From contig ML978136.1 of NCBI GenBank assembly GCA_010015805.1, positions 434,001 through 498,000 of the forward strand: a stretch of DNA of 64,000 bases. Reading direction: 5' to 3'. Under the pieces are notes generated by a model. That model did not search any database. It saw only the letters and a list, made by a program, of their open reading frames with translations, and had not been told where the DNA came from. The position numbers and the translations under genes are program-made. Numbering within the stretch: the first letter of the stretch is position 1; each line of letters opens with the position of its first letter. Positions 42,225 to 53,793 of this stretch are shown here, piece after piece. The DNA comes from Rhizodiscina lignyota. Its lineage: Eukaryota.

Positions 42225-45175
42225 CTACCTCACGTACATGTGAGCCATTGACGTACGCAGCAGCCCATTGCCGGGGTCTGGCATATATCCCGTACTAGCT
42301 TCTTCTGTATCATCATCGTCATCTCCATCCAATGTTCCGTCCATCTTCCAAACAGGCCAGAACTCCAAATCTTTCGCAGCGGTGATCCGATTCTGCCAAA
42401 TAAGCGTAGGATTCCGGATCAGCCTGGCGGTGTGGTTACCTCGCAGATCGTCCAGGGCACCAGAAAGCTGCCTCAATCCAGATACAATCCACCAGAGTTC
42501 GCGGTCTGCTGCACTATTGGCGGACCCGCGATCGTGCAGATATTCGAGCATTGGAATTAACTTTTTCAGCGAAGGCAGAAATTGGAATATGCAACATGCC
42601 TCAACCCACATCGTCACTGATTTCCGATCGACGAGGAATCGTGCGAAAATGGCCGTCCAGGGGAACGGCTCTTTGAGTGCCTCATCAAGGCGCAATTGGT
42701 TTTTCACGCTGAACTGCTGTGCTTGTGCTCGAGTAAGACCTTTACCCTCGCCTGAGAAATGATGGCCTCGGGACAAGTGTGTGTACCAGCATAGGACGGC
42801 GTAGCGAATAAATGGGTATACTTTGTTTAGATGATCGACGATGTGGTTTCTGGTTAGCTGCACCTCTTCTGCAGCTGTAGCTCGTATGGTGTTCGCACTG
42901 GCCTCTTCGAAGCCGCGGCAGTTTGCAACGGTATCGTATTCAAGCGGTTGGAGAGGCTTCGGTGGAATATCGTAGCTGAGATATGACAAGCACCGCGTTG
43001 CCAGATGGAGATTGACAGAAGCAGCGTCTTGGAGAGAGAATGAATTGCTGTCGTCCCGGCGTGTCTCGAGATATTCCTGGAAAGAAAGGTGAATGAACCC
43101 CAGGTTCCCTGTTTCGGTGATCTCTACGAGCGCACAAGTTATTCTTGGGATGCAATCCGGAAATCCAACGAGATATTGCAGCTCAGTAGTGGGCTCCCCG
43201 GGAATGATGGCTAATGCTGTATGTAGTGTTCGCGTGTCGAGCGGGTACACAGAAGCCGAGAGCCACTGGATCACATCTGCGGCAACCGCTTTCTCCCTCA
43301 CATTGGATTTTTCGAGCGTTTTGAGGATCCGATCGTATAGCGTGTCGATTCCTTCGAGGTGCGTGGGCTTTGTCAAAGCAAGTAATCGTTCCCTCGGCGT
43401 AACAGCGGGGCTCTCGAGATAGTTAACATATAATCGAGCCCACAGAAACATACCATTTGCCCTCCGAGCAACTTCCTCTGCAGACTCTTCAATTGCAAGG
43501 CGTCTCGGCTTGCCGAACAGACCACGGTATGACATACGTCGTATATGCGCCTCCAAGAAGTTGCGGATATCGTCAAAGTTTAAAGTGCCTGTCAAGGGGA
43601 AAACGCGAGAGTCCCAGTCCTCGGGCTTGTCGAATGACTCGAAAGTAGAATCCGGAGAGAGCGTGAGAGTTGGCCGGCTAAGCAACAAGACTCGGCAATC
43701 GTGAGACCGGCAGAGTTTCTTTATGAAACCTAAGAACATCTCCGGCTCGTCGCATTCATCTACAGCATCAATAACCATGTATGTGGGATATTGTCGTAAC
43801 AATATGTCCACTAGGGCCAAAACGTCATCCATTGAAGCTTGAGGTTGTCGACTTCCAGTTTTTCTGAGCAGCAGTCCAATAGCATCCAACGTGAGCCTGT
43901 TTCCTTCGTGTACGTGTAGCAGTTGCATTGCTATTGATTGTAGCGCGGCCTCGACGCTTCGCGTACCCCATCTATTGGAAGAAGTAAAGTGAAAGAAGGC
44001 GACTATTGGCGCATCCTGGTCACTGGATCCCATGTCGTATCCCTTCTCCACTAGATCATCAATAATGATCGCCGACAGATACGTCTTGCCGAATCCGGGT
44101 TTTGCTACCGTATTTAGTTGGGGGGTCTATGTCTGTTCTAGAAGGTATCATACCGTGGATGAGCAGTATCCTGTCTATCCAGTTCATTTTGAGCAAACTC
44201 TCATTCCCAGAATGGTCGTTGTGGAATTCCGCATTCCGCCAAGAGCCGTATGTTGGTTCTAGGAGGAATTTCTCCCCGGATCCAGAATATCTATCGCGTC
44301 TGGCGCGCTCGTATATGTCTCGATACCGCAGGCTTGAAATCCAACTCTTGATATCGCTGAGTTGCTTCGCTATGTGCGCATGAGCCACCCGGACAAGTTC
44401 TAATTCGCGCATCTCTTACCGTAGAACTGTTCTTGCTCTGCAGCTTCTTTGCGTTTGGCATTCTCGTCCTTGGCTTCTATTGATTGGTGAAACGAGCACC
44501 TATATGTCCTGACAATCAGCCAGGGTAGTCTCGTTGATGTAGGCAAAGGATCCTTACGGCTGTGGGCTCGCGAGAAGATACGGTATACATGAAGGCAGAA
44601 GTCTATGAGATCAGCGTATATGAAGGCTAAAGCTTGCGCGAGTCTATCTTGATCGTCCTTTTTAACAGGTGACGCTCGGCAAAGGTCGAACCATGACTGG
44701 TATTGCGGAAGTGTGAATGCTATGTTTTCAAACATGTCGGAGACTCGCTCGAGGAGAGTAACTAAATTGCTTCCGAGCTTTGAGGAGTCAGCAAGTTCAA
44801 AGTCGCCATCGATTCGTGGGCACGCGCCTGGAAGATGAGACGGATTGTCCCCCATATCCCGCCAGCCCAGTCTGGCTTGATTTGCACGAAGATGTTGACT
44901 ACGTCAAAGTACGGCGCAAACACAGTAGAAAAGGTCGCAATCTTCCTGCAACATAATGCTAGCTTGCTCCTTTGCTCATATTGCGTGCTGAGGGACCTGA
45001 TATCCGCCACCATCTCTTTATGGGACGAATATGCGCGGAACGAGGCACGGTCGTCCTCGGACATTGTTCTGCGAATTGCCTCCAAGGAGTTTTCGAATAA
45101 TATATTCGCACTTTAGAGGTGTCATTTCAACTGTTATCCCTGAAATTGTGTCTGCTTGTGCACATACTCAGCCAT
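42225..45175 (-). CDS. NACHT-domain (fungal NLR-like) protein without C-terminal repeats; possibly internally damaged
   Basis: ATG 45175; introns 45111-45167, 44778-44827 (GC-AG), one ambiguous intron from donor 44557, 44370-44419 and 44105-44153. Walker A AKPGFGKT, Walker B YMVIDAVDEC, LLLSRP, ANGMFLWARL, FIHLSFQEYL, CLSYL and YAVLCWYTHL. Confidence 0.82.
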
Positions 45176-45833
45176 GTTTGAAGAAGGGGTACTCCGTAGA
45201 GGACTCGAATGGGTCAAGTCGAACGTACGATACTCCGTATGTAAAGAGATTACAGACAGCAAGAGGAAAAGTGAAAATTGGTGAACATTTCAGTAAATCA
45301 GGATTTCATTTCCTCACATCAAAGAAATTATTCACAGCACAGCCACAGCCTACAATGTTATCGTTCAACTTTATGTTCAGCCTCGTCTGCTAAGGAGGCT
45401 GTGTGAATGAAGAACGTTGGTTCTAGCTCCTGTTTCGGCTAAGGGGGCATTGGGCCAGGTTGAGCCTCGGATTAATTTCGGCTCTTTAATCCACTCGAAA
45501 ACCAGGCAGCGCACCAGAAGGGGTCTTCAGGTGTCTCTTCCTCCACGCGGCCCATCTGCACCTCGACCTCACCTGTCTTCTGCATCGATGCCCGAGGACG
45601 AGAGCCGTGGAAGTAGCCATTCACGCATCTGCGTTCCCGGCCCTGAGAAGATGGTGAAGACTGGTGCGTTATGTGACGCGTCATTCGATCTCTCCCGATA
45701 CGATTTGTCGACGTAGAGTTGGGTTTATTTCATAAAGGACTGAATTTCTATTTCTTCATGCTTGAGGTTGTTAAGAGTGTTCGAAGTACTCGACGCTCAT
45801 TCCATCGAAGTGGAAATCTGTCTGCTTAAGACA

Positions 45834-46970
45834 ATGGCTTCTCCACGTCTACATTATCTTTCCAATCTCCGCACATATCTCACCGTTGTAGTCATATACC
45901 ACCATACAGCGATACCTTATGGCGGCGACGGGAGCTGGGGATATAAACTGCCGAAGAGTACTTCGAATCCAGCTCTAACCGCTTTCAACGCGCTCAATCA
46001 GACCTACTTCATGGCCGGGTTCTTCTTCCTATCTGGCTTCTTCTCCCACAGGTCCGCGACCCGGAAATCCAGTACGGCATTTATCAAGGACAAAGTGCTT
46101 CGACTTGGGCTACCGACTTTTTTATACGCGCTCGTTGTGGAACCGATCCAGACGATGATACTGCAAGTCGTCATCTCCCGCACTCCGCAGCGGTCCATTG
46201 CGGATATTTGGATCCAGCATTTCAAAAACATCAGGGGCGTACAGGGTCCAGTATGGTACTGCGCTCTGCTACTCATTTTCGATATCATATACGCTCTGCT
46301 CTTCGCGCGTCAGTTTACCAATCGATCGTCACCCCCGGAAGCCTTGTCACGATCTTGGCTTCTTTCTTTGGTTGCCACTATCGCATACGCGTCCTTTCTT
46401 CTTCGGATTCCCTTTCCAGTATCGGAGAAGGGCGTGCTGAACCCATTAAACCTACGTGTTGGGTATGTCACGCAGTATATTGGATACTATGCACTTGGAC
46501 ACATTGTCGGCTCACGTGGAACGCCAGACGTGGGCATGGGCGAGTTGCGTCCACCGGGTCTCGCGCTACGTTTGTGGGCAGTAACCATAGCCACCTCCGT
46601 TCTAAGTGGCTTCTTCCACGGGAATGAAGGCGATGCTTCAGACCGAGCGCGAGGCGGCTTGAATGTCATGGCAGTTTGTTACGCCATCTTAAACGAGACG
46701 GTTGGCTATTTGATCCTCACTGGCTTAGTAGGAGGTTTCCGACGATGGTCGTTTACGACAAAGAGTTGGGGATTTGTGCCAAGATATGCATATGCTGCTT
46801 TTCTAGTTCATGTCCCAACCGTCATTACTTTGCAAGCTCTGTTTGATAGGTGGGACGCGAACGGGGTGCTTAAAACCCTAGTTGTCGGTACGCTGAGTGT
46901 TCCAGCCGCCTGGCTTGTTGGTTGTATAATTGCCAATGTCCTACCTGGCGCGAGGAAGGTCATTTTGTAG
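45834..46970 (+). CDS. Acyltransferase family 3 (OpgC/MdoC-like) polytopic membrane protein
   Basis: ATG 45834; RLHYLSNLR...VIYHH, FMAGFFFLSGFF, FIKDKVLRLGLP, GPVWYCALL and YAAFLVH; about 10 TM helices; intronless. Confidence 0.88.
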   Translation: MASPRLHYLSNLRTYLTVVVIYHHTAIPYGGDGSWGYKLPKSTSNPALTAFNALNQTYFMAGFFFLSGFFSHRSATRKSSTAFIKDKVLRLGLPTFLYALVVEPIQTMILQVVISRTPQRSIADIWIQHFKNIRGVQGPVWYCALLLIFDIIYALLFARQFTNRSSPPEALSRSWLLSLVATIAYASFLLRIPFPVSEKGVLNPLNLRVGYVTQYIGYYALGHIVGSRGTPDVGMGELRPPGLALRLWAVTIATSVLSGFFHGNEGDASDRARGGLNVMAVCYAILNETVGYLILTGLVGGFRRWSFTTKSWGFVPRYAYAAFLVHVPTVITLQALFDRWDANGVLKTLVVGTLSVPAAWLVGCIIANVLPGARKVIL

Positions 46971-47510
46971 AGAAGACATAGATCTTCACGCGCCAGTCTT
47001 TTCCGTTATTTACAGGCCTGGGCTTTTCGTATGATGCATGGTTCATCACAACGCGTTATAGCTTTGAGGTCAATAACACACATTAACGTAACCATGGAAG
47101 TTGTCAAGTTGAAGATTCAGCCATATCAGAGCAAGTTCAGGCCGAGGTTTCTCTGAGCCGTCCAATCAGCTATCGAGGTTGCTGTAGCTGCTCCATTATC
47201 CACTCGTACGAGACACAGGCATATTTTTCCACGCCTCCGGAAGCTGTTATCTGTTGTTCGGCCGGTTTATTATGATGGCCAGTAGAAAATTTCAAATCAC
47301 CATCTGAAGTTTCTGTGCGAAGATTGCTCTTCCATAGATGACCTTGGGCCATTGATAGCTGGTTCGTGAAGGAAGACGCAAAAACAGAAGTGACCAGAAG
47401 TAACGGTCTGTGGGGGGCAGCGCTGAATATAAAACTCATAGGAGCTTCTCGACATTCAGAAGAACCAATTCAACAATTCGACAATCTCAATTGAAGAATT
47501 TGGTGTTGAT

Positions 47511-47530
47511 AGAAGCTTCTCGAACATTCC
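47511..47530. promoter_or_regulatory. Perfect heat-shock element (4 inverted nGAAn units) upstream of SIS1
   Basis: aGAAgcTTCtcGAAcaTTCc, ~285 bp before the Hsp40 ATG; a degenerate copy lies at ~47441-47464. Confidence 0.8.
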
Positions 47531-47814
47531 ATCGCCCTTGGAGTTTTGGCGTCGCACGGTCCAACATCCCACATTCAACGTCACCACGAGACCCGGCATC
47601 ACAGACCGAGCTTGTTTTCCTGACCGCAAGCAACTCAGTCGCCGCCCAGCGACCCAACATCGCACCACTCTCTCGCTGCCACGGAGATATTAAGACTTTC
47701 TCCGCTACTCTGACTCCAACCTTCTTTCTCCTCACTCTAATTCGACGACATATCTATACACTGGTTTTACACTCCGCCTTTTCCCTCTTCTAATCTCTCT
47801 CTACACACTCGATC

Positions 47815-49167
47815 ATGGTACGCGAGACCAAGCTTTACGATTCATTAGGTACGCATATACACTTTTATATTCATCTGGTAATTATGGGCGATTGCTAACG
47901 ACCTTTATCACAGGAGTCAAGAGCGATGCTTCTCAAGACGACATCAAGAAGGCATATCGAAAAGCCGCGTTAAAATGGCATCCAGACAAGAACAAGGACA
48001 ACCCGGATGCCGCCGAAAAATTCAAGGGTGAGTTTCTCTACAATTTTCTATCCCATGTACGCACTGGCTTCATATCGTTTTCTTTATTGCAGGCCTGAAC
48101 AGTGGCTAACATCAATTCTTCTACAGAGGTATCTCAAGCCTACGAAATCCTCTCCGACCCCGAGAAGCGCTCCGCATATGACAGTTATGGCCTCGAGGGC
48201 ATGATGGGCGGCGGCGCCCCACCGCCAGGAGCAGATGCCGGTGCAGGCTTCTCCGGCGGCATGCCTCCAGGCTTCGATGCTTCGAACATTTTTGGCAACA
48301 TGGGCGGTGGAGGAGGCGGTACGCGGACCTTCCACTTTACCAGTGGTGGTGGGAGAGGCCCCAACGGCTTCTCTTTCAGCGACCCGAACGATATTTTCTC
48401 AGAGTTCTTGAGGGGTGGTGCAGGAGGAGGAATGGGGGGTGCTGCGAGAGGACCCTCGATGGATGGAGATGAAGACTTTTTCAGCTCGTTCATGGGTGGT
48501 GCACGGCCGAGTCCCGGCGGTGGGCGAAGGACGTCTTCTCGGTTTGGACCGGCTAGAGCGCCTACGCCGGAAGTCACTGTGGTGGAACGAGAGCTCCCGG
48601 TATCGCTTGAAGATCTGTTCAGGGGTGCCACAAAGAAGATGAAGATAAAGAGCAAGAAGTTTGATCCCGCGACTGGCAAGCAGATGATGGAAGATAAGGT
48701 GTTGGAGGTGCCGATTAAGCCTGGCTTGAAGGCGGGAAGTAAGATCAAGTACAGCAATGTTGGTGATCAGGTGGAGGGTGGAACGCAAGATTTACACTTT
48801 GTGGTTCGAGAGGTAAGAAATACCAAATACCAAACAACAATTTCTGATGAGACGATGCTAACTTCGGTTACAGAAAGACCACCCCTTATTCAAGCGCGAC
48901 GGCGACGACATAATACACAACGTTTCAATCGATCTTAAGGAGGCCCTGACTGGCTGGAGCCGGACTATTCAGACCATCGATGGCAAGCAGGTCCAAGTAC
49001 ACAGCGGTGGTCCAACAGCTCCAACTTGGAAAGAGCGGTTCCCCGGTCTGGGCATGCCGAAGAGCAAGAAGCCGAGCGAGCGGGGAGATTTCGTTGTAGG
49101 GGTTAACATTAAATTCCCGACGAGTCTGACCGCACAGCAGAAGGAGGTGCTGAGAGACGTGCTGTAG
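47815..49167 (+). CDS. sis1: Type II Hsp40/DnaJ co-chaperone Sis1/Psi1
   Basis: [28 protein letters not shown] (HPD motif), G/F-rich linker, and C-terminal [11 protein letters not shown] / [10 protein letters not shown] / GMPKSK..RGD; no zinc finger. Introns 47849-47913, 48028-48126 and 48813-48873. Confidence 0.93.
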
Positions 49168-49680
49168 AGCGATATTAATCTGATTGCATTGGGCGTCGTT
49201 ATCAGGAGTTAGCATGATTGATGATGGGAAAGGCGTTATGGGAGCATTCACTCCACTTGGATTTCATTGTCTATATATCAATTGGCACTTCAGCGGGGTT
49301 CGGTTTCCACCCGAGCGAAGAATACGAATTTGGAAAAGAATTTCATACGGGAATCTGTCAAGTTGGATTGGTCCGAGTTTGGAGAATCTTAATGAGTGAA
49401 CGGATGAATGACGACTGAATACTGGCTGGGTGAAGTCACCTAGGTGCTTAGGCCTGTGGACGTAGATAGTACGTAGCAAATCACTAAGAGATCATAAAGC
49501 GACCCTCTCAGCTATTACAAGACACAGTGATTAATAAAAACTAAAGAGCAGGTGGAGGCTCTCGTCCAGGAGCGCGACTCTGGGCAGCAAGACCAGTGCC
49601 AAGCCTAGCCGGCCTCAGCTAGCGGGAGCCACTTCTTTTAGCCACCTTTTGTGATTGGCAAAACTTAGTCACTTTCAACC

Positions 49681-50353
49681 ACGAATCACAATACGAGCAG
49701 CCTTTGTTTGCTTCGCCGGCTTCAAACAAATGAAGTAGGAAAGGTCATCGAAGAGGACGGCAACGATGACGCGGAGATCATCCCCCAGGGTCAAAATACG
49801 TCAAATGCATGTCACGCGCAGTGCATTACGCATATATAATACATCAGGCACGAAGAGGGACTGAACACCAGCCGGAGACCTAAAAACAATCTCACCGGTG
49901 CGGAGCTTTGTCGCTTTTTCCAGAAAGTACGCCCGGGTGGCAGGACGTGGAATTCATCCGATGCGATAATGATAAAGAGATCGTTTCCGGCGAGCGAACG
50001 AGACTTGTAACGGCGCCCCTTTTCTATGATATCGAGAAGCAAATCTTCTAAGATGGGCTGGGTAAGATACTCCCTAAAAACCTCGAATGCAACTTTACCA
50101 ATACGAGGAAGCTTCTTAGAAGTGTAAAAGATGACTTTGAAGACGTCGCTCCGTAGAGTGTTCGCTCGCTGGAAACTAGCTCCTCCGTATGTCGCATTCG
50201 ATGTCGCAGGTGGACGGTCGAGCTCCCGCTGTTTAACAAGTTCCTGTTTCGAAGGTCAAGGGAGAAAGCGGACAAATCAGCAATATAAACAACCGGATTG
50301 GAGAAAGTCAGACAGAGAAGAGGAAAAATTCTGAGGCACCGATAACTGAATAA
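49681..50353 (+). pseudogene. Possible decayed protein-coding gene between SIS1 and the tRNA
   Basis: Protein-like reading (LQTNEVGKVIEEDGNDDAEIIPQG... then PGWQDVEFIRCDNDKEIVSGERTRLVTAPLFYDIEKQIF*DGLGKILPKNLE...) with stops at 49837, 50049 and 50154 and a frameshift near the T-run at 49915-49919. Confidence 0.25.
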
Positions 50354-50648
50354 AATCCTTTGTAAACGTGCCCCCCGCAGATTAAACCCAGCAATGGTTC
50401 TAGAGCAGATCTCCGAGATGTAATAGGCCAAATTGATTAGCAAATTTTAATGATTTAACGATGCATTTGGATAGTTTCGACTGATCGAGTCGCGAAATCG
50501 ATTTGATAGGGCGATGCCAAGACCCCCGTCTCGCACCCCGCACGACCTGCAAAATTCGTCCCAGCTTCCAAAAATTGGAAATAAACCTCTAGCAAGCTGC
50601 GTTTTGCGAGTTAAAGAAATAAATAATCGAAAATATAAAAGAAAAGAC

Positions 50649-50656
50649 AAAAAGAA
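50649..50656 (-). terminator. RNA polymerase III oligo-T terminator of tRNA-Lys
   Basis: TTCTTTTT directly after the tRNA 3' end on the minus strand, followed by further T runs. Confidence 0.7.
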
Positions 50657-50740
50657 AGCCCGATGCGGGGGTCGAACCCGCAACCTTGAGATGATACTCT
50701 TCTTAAGAGTCTCACGCTCTACCGATTGAGCTAACCGGGC
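50657..50740 (-). tRNA. tRNA-Lys(CTT): tRNA-Lys (anticodon CTT) with 11-nt intron (50693-50703)
   Basis: Reverse complement GCCCGGTTAGCTCAATCGGTAGAGCGTGAGACTCTTA[AGAAGAGTATC]ATCTCAAGGTTGCGGGTTCGACCCCCGCATCGGGCT folds as a cloverleaf; A and B boxes present; intron follows position 37. Confidence 0.97.
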
Positions 50741-52003
50741 TCCGAATTATGCTAGGCGGAACATCAAAAATGTATATAAACACAAGACGAAAAACTGTGA
50801 TCGTGCTCTTCACTCATAGTGCATTTCCACACCAGTCCCTTCATTTATTTCTTTGTAAATCTAGGATATTATTTTCGTATGTGTAGACTACAGTTTGACA
50901 AAAATTTTAATGATTTGATTGTCGTAGTGAGCGTTGGCAGTGATTAATCGTTGTCTCGACGCCTCCTGGACGGTGCGTGCGAGCGGATGGGACTGGACCG
51001 CGGGTTCAGACGGTCAGCTCAGCGACTTCACCTTTGAACACTCAGAAATATCCATTATCCTTTACGATCTCGAGTCAAAGCATCTATACTCTTCTATTTG
51101 CACCCACAAACTTAGGCTGACCAATGTAACGTGCGACAGATCCTTTGCGGTATCTGACCTGCACCTTAGTCCGATATTGCGATCACAATCATCAGCCGAC
51201 TTTGCCTCCATGGACGCAGCGAACTATCCAACGTGAACGACTGGTCTTACAGATATTCAATGTGCAAATTGCCTGGAGCTTCTACATTAGCTAAACTTAT
51301 TCAGTTATCTCTTTGATGCCCATTGCCATTCCACCGGGGGCGCACCTTAAACGGATCCCTGTATCCTTTCGAGCACGACATCGACCCTCAAAGTGAGTTG
51401 ATGAAGTCGGCTCATTATTGGACGGCATCCTACCCACGAACCCACCATCAACCGTGCGGTCACAAGCTTTGAACAAACAGCTGCCTATCTCAATCGAGCA
51501 GATTTCATGCATTTTGGAATTCATCGTATCTCTGACGACGGCATTAATCAAAACTCTACTACCAGGGCTCAGTTGGTAACATACGAACAACATGTCCGAG
51601 ACCTTCACGACGACGACTACATAGAATTGAGCAATTCCCATTAATTTCTGCTAATAGATCCATCCCACGACTGAACTTGAGACTTCTCACGCTCGAGCAT
51701 CCGCTGTCTCAGGGTAGGTTCGCCAGGCCATATTAGTAGTACGACCGTGCTTCCTTCTATTTTCTCAAAGTATTACTGTCATTATCATGCCCCATGCAGG
51801 AAGGCCCGCACTTTTCGGGATCCGATACACATGATTGGACGATGTGTATTTGAATTTGCGGTCCCAGATCGAACCAGACATGGCGCGATTTCGAACCTCT
51901 CCGCTGTCATTGCATCATCCTTGGGCTGATGTTTGATATATGTTCTTACTGCCACATTACACTTCATTTGAGCCAACTTTCGTGCCCTCACTCTCCTCTC
52001 ATC

Positions 52004-53793
52004 ATGGCTGATGCTCTGGATGAAAAAAAGACGCAACCAATTGATGGCGCACAGTCGGAGCTCTCCAGAGACGAAGAGTCTGTGGCCATCAATGAAAAAT
52101 CACTGCTTCGGAAACTTGACTTGAAGCTTCTTCCGGCTGTCTCAATCCTCTATTTGCTCAGCTTTCTCGACCGCAGCAACGGTAATACCACAACACCCAA
52201 AAACGACTACCGTTGCTAATACTAAACTCCAGTTGCCAATGCAAGAATCGAGGGCCTCACAACAGACCTCCATATGACTGGAAATCAATACCTCACTGGC
52301 TTGACTCTCTACTTCGTTGGCTATGTCATTTTCGAGGTCCGTCGAGACTCAACACACTGCCAAGAACCTAATCCTTCAAGCAAATTCTCATCTTCTGCCA
52401 GATCCCATGCAACATAATTCTTAAACGGACAACGCCTAAATTTTGGCTTCCAACGCTGACAATTGCGTGGGGAATCGTGGCCACTCTAATGGGGATCACC
52501 CAGAACCTCGCTGGCTTCTTCGTTGTTCGGTTTTTCCTTGGTATGAAGTATCCATTGACTGCATAATCCCTTTTGCTTACGTGCTTCAGGAATGACGGAG
52601 AGTGGTCTATTCCCCGGTACGGTGTACTACTTTTCCATGTTTTATAAGCGTAAAGAGAGGCAGTACCGCGTTGCGCTTTTCTTCTCAGCCGCGTCTCTCG
52701 CTGGAGCTTTCGGTGGCATTCTGGCATGGGTGAGCAGCAGCATATAAAAAGAGTGCCACCACAGACATCTGACCAAATCACAGGGTATTGCACATATGGA
52801 TGGCGTCGCAGGACAAAGGGGCTGGAGGTGGATTTTCATTTTGGTATCGTTAATTCTTCCTTGTTAGATTGACCCCATGACTGATATGCTTTTGCAGGAA
52901 GGTATCGCAACGGTGCTTGTCGCCGCTACCGCTTACTACTTCATATCAAACTACCCGCAAAACGCGAACTTCCTTTCCGACGACGAAAAGAGCTTCATTC
53001 ACGAACGGCTAAAGGCCGACTCGGATGCCACACGTGATGAACGTTTCAATTGGCGCAACGTTTCTAAGGCGTTCACAGATCCGAAGTGTTACCTCTACTG
53101 CCTTGCATTCCATACAATGAGCCTACCACTCTATACTCTCTCCCTATTCCTCGTAAGTGTCTGCTAAAATTCAGAGCTCAGTCGTATTCTGACTTGCTGA
53201 AGCCGACTATCATCACTGATCTTGGCTTTTCTGCTGCAAAGGCACAACTACTCACTGTTCCACCATATGCCCTCGCAACAATCCTCACAATCTCCTTCGC
53301 TGTGATTTCGGAACGCGTGGGCCGACATGCGCCTTTTATCATCCTGTCTTCATCTCTCGGGATAATCGGATACATCATTTTGCTCACGAACCCGGACCCC
53401 ACGCATCGACCCGGAGTATCATACGCGGGTACCTTTTTCGCTGCCGCCGGAATCTATCCTTCAACAGCCCTCGTACTGAGCTGGCCAGCCAACAATGTCT
53501 CTGGCCAGACAAAGAGAGCAACAGCGAACGCAATGCAGATATCCATCGGTAATTTGGGCGCGGTCCTCGGCACCCAGTTGTACAGGCCAGCTTGGTCCCC
53601 GAGATATTTCGTTGGACATGGAATGGCGCTAGCGTACATGTGTGCGAACGTCGTGGTTGTGCTTATTACATGGTGGGTCCTCTCGAAAGAGAATAAGAGA
53701 AAAGAGTTGGCAGAGGCGCGAGAGGGGTTACAGGTTACTGATGATGAAGAGTGGCATGGGGACGAGGATTTGAGATGGAGATTCACGGTATAG
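52004..53793 (+). CDS. MFS transporter, anion:cation symporter family (Dal5/Tna1-like permease)
   Basis: LLRKLDLKLLP...LSFLDRSNVANARIEGL, RFFLGMTESGLFPG, GWRWIFILEG and AQLLTVPPY. Introns 52182-52232, 52337-52401, 52541-52589, 52730-52783, 52844-52897 and 53153-53202. Confidence 0.92.

Noticed and set aside
51297..51641. ORF with fragments reminiscent of an O-methyltransferase C-terminus (LSPGSRVLIN, LFKACD)
   Set aside because: Motif spacing is inconsistent with the family and no catalytic or SAM motif is present; likely coincidence.
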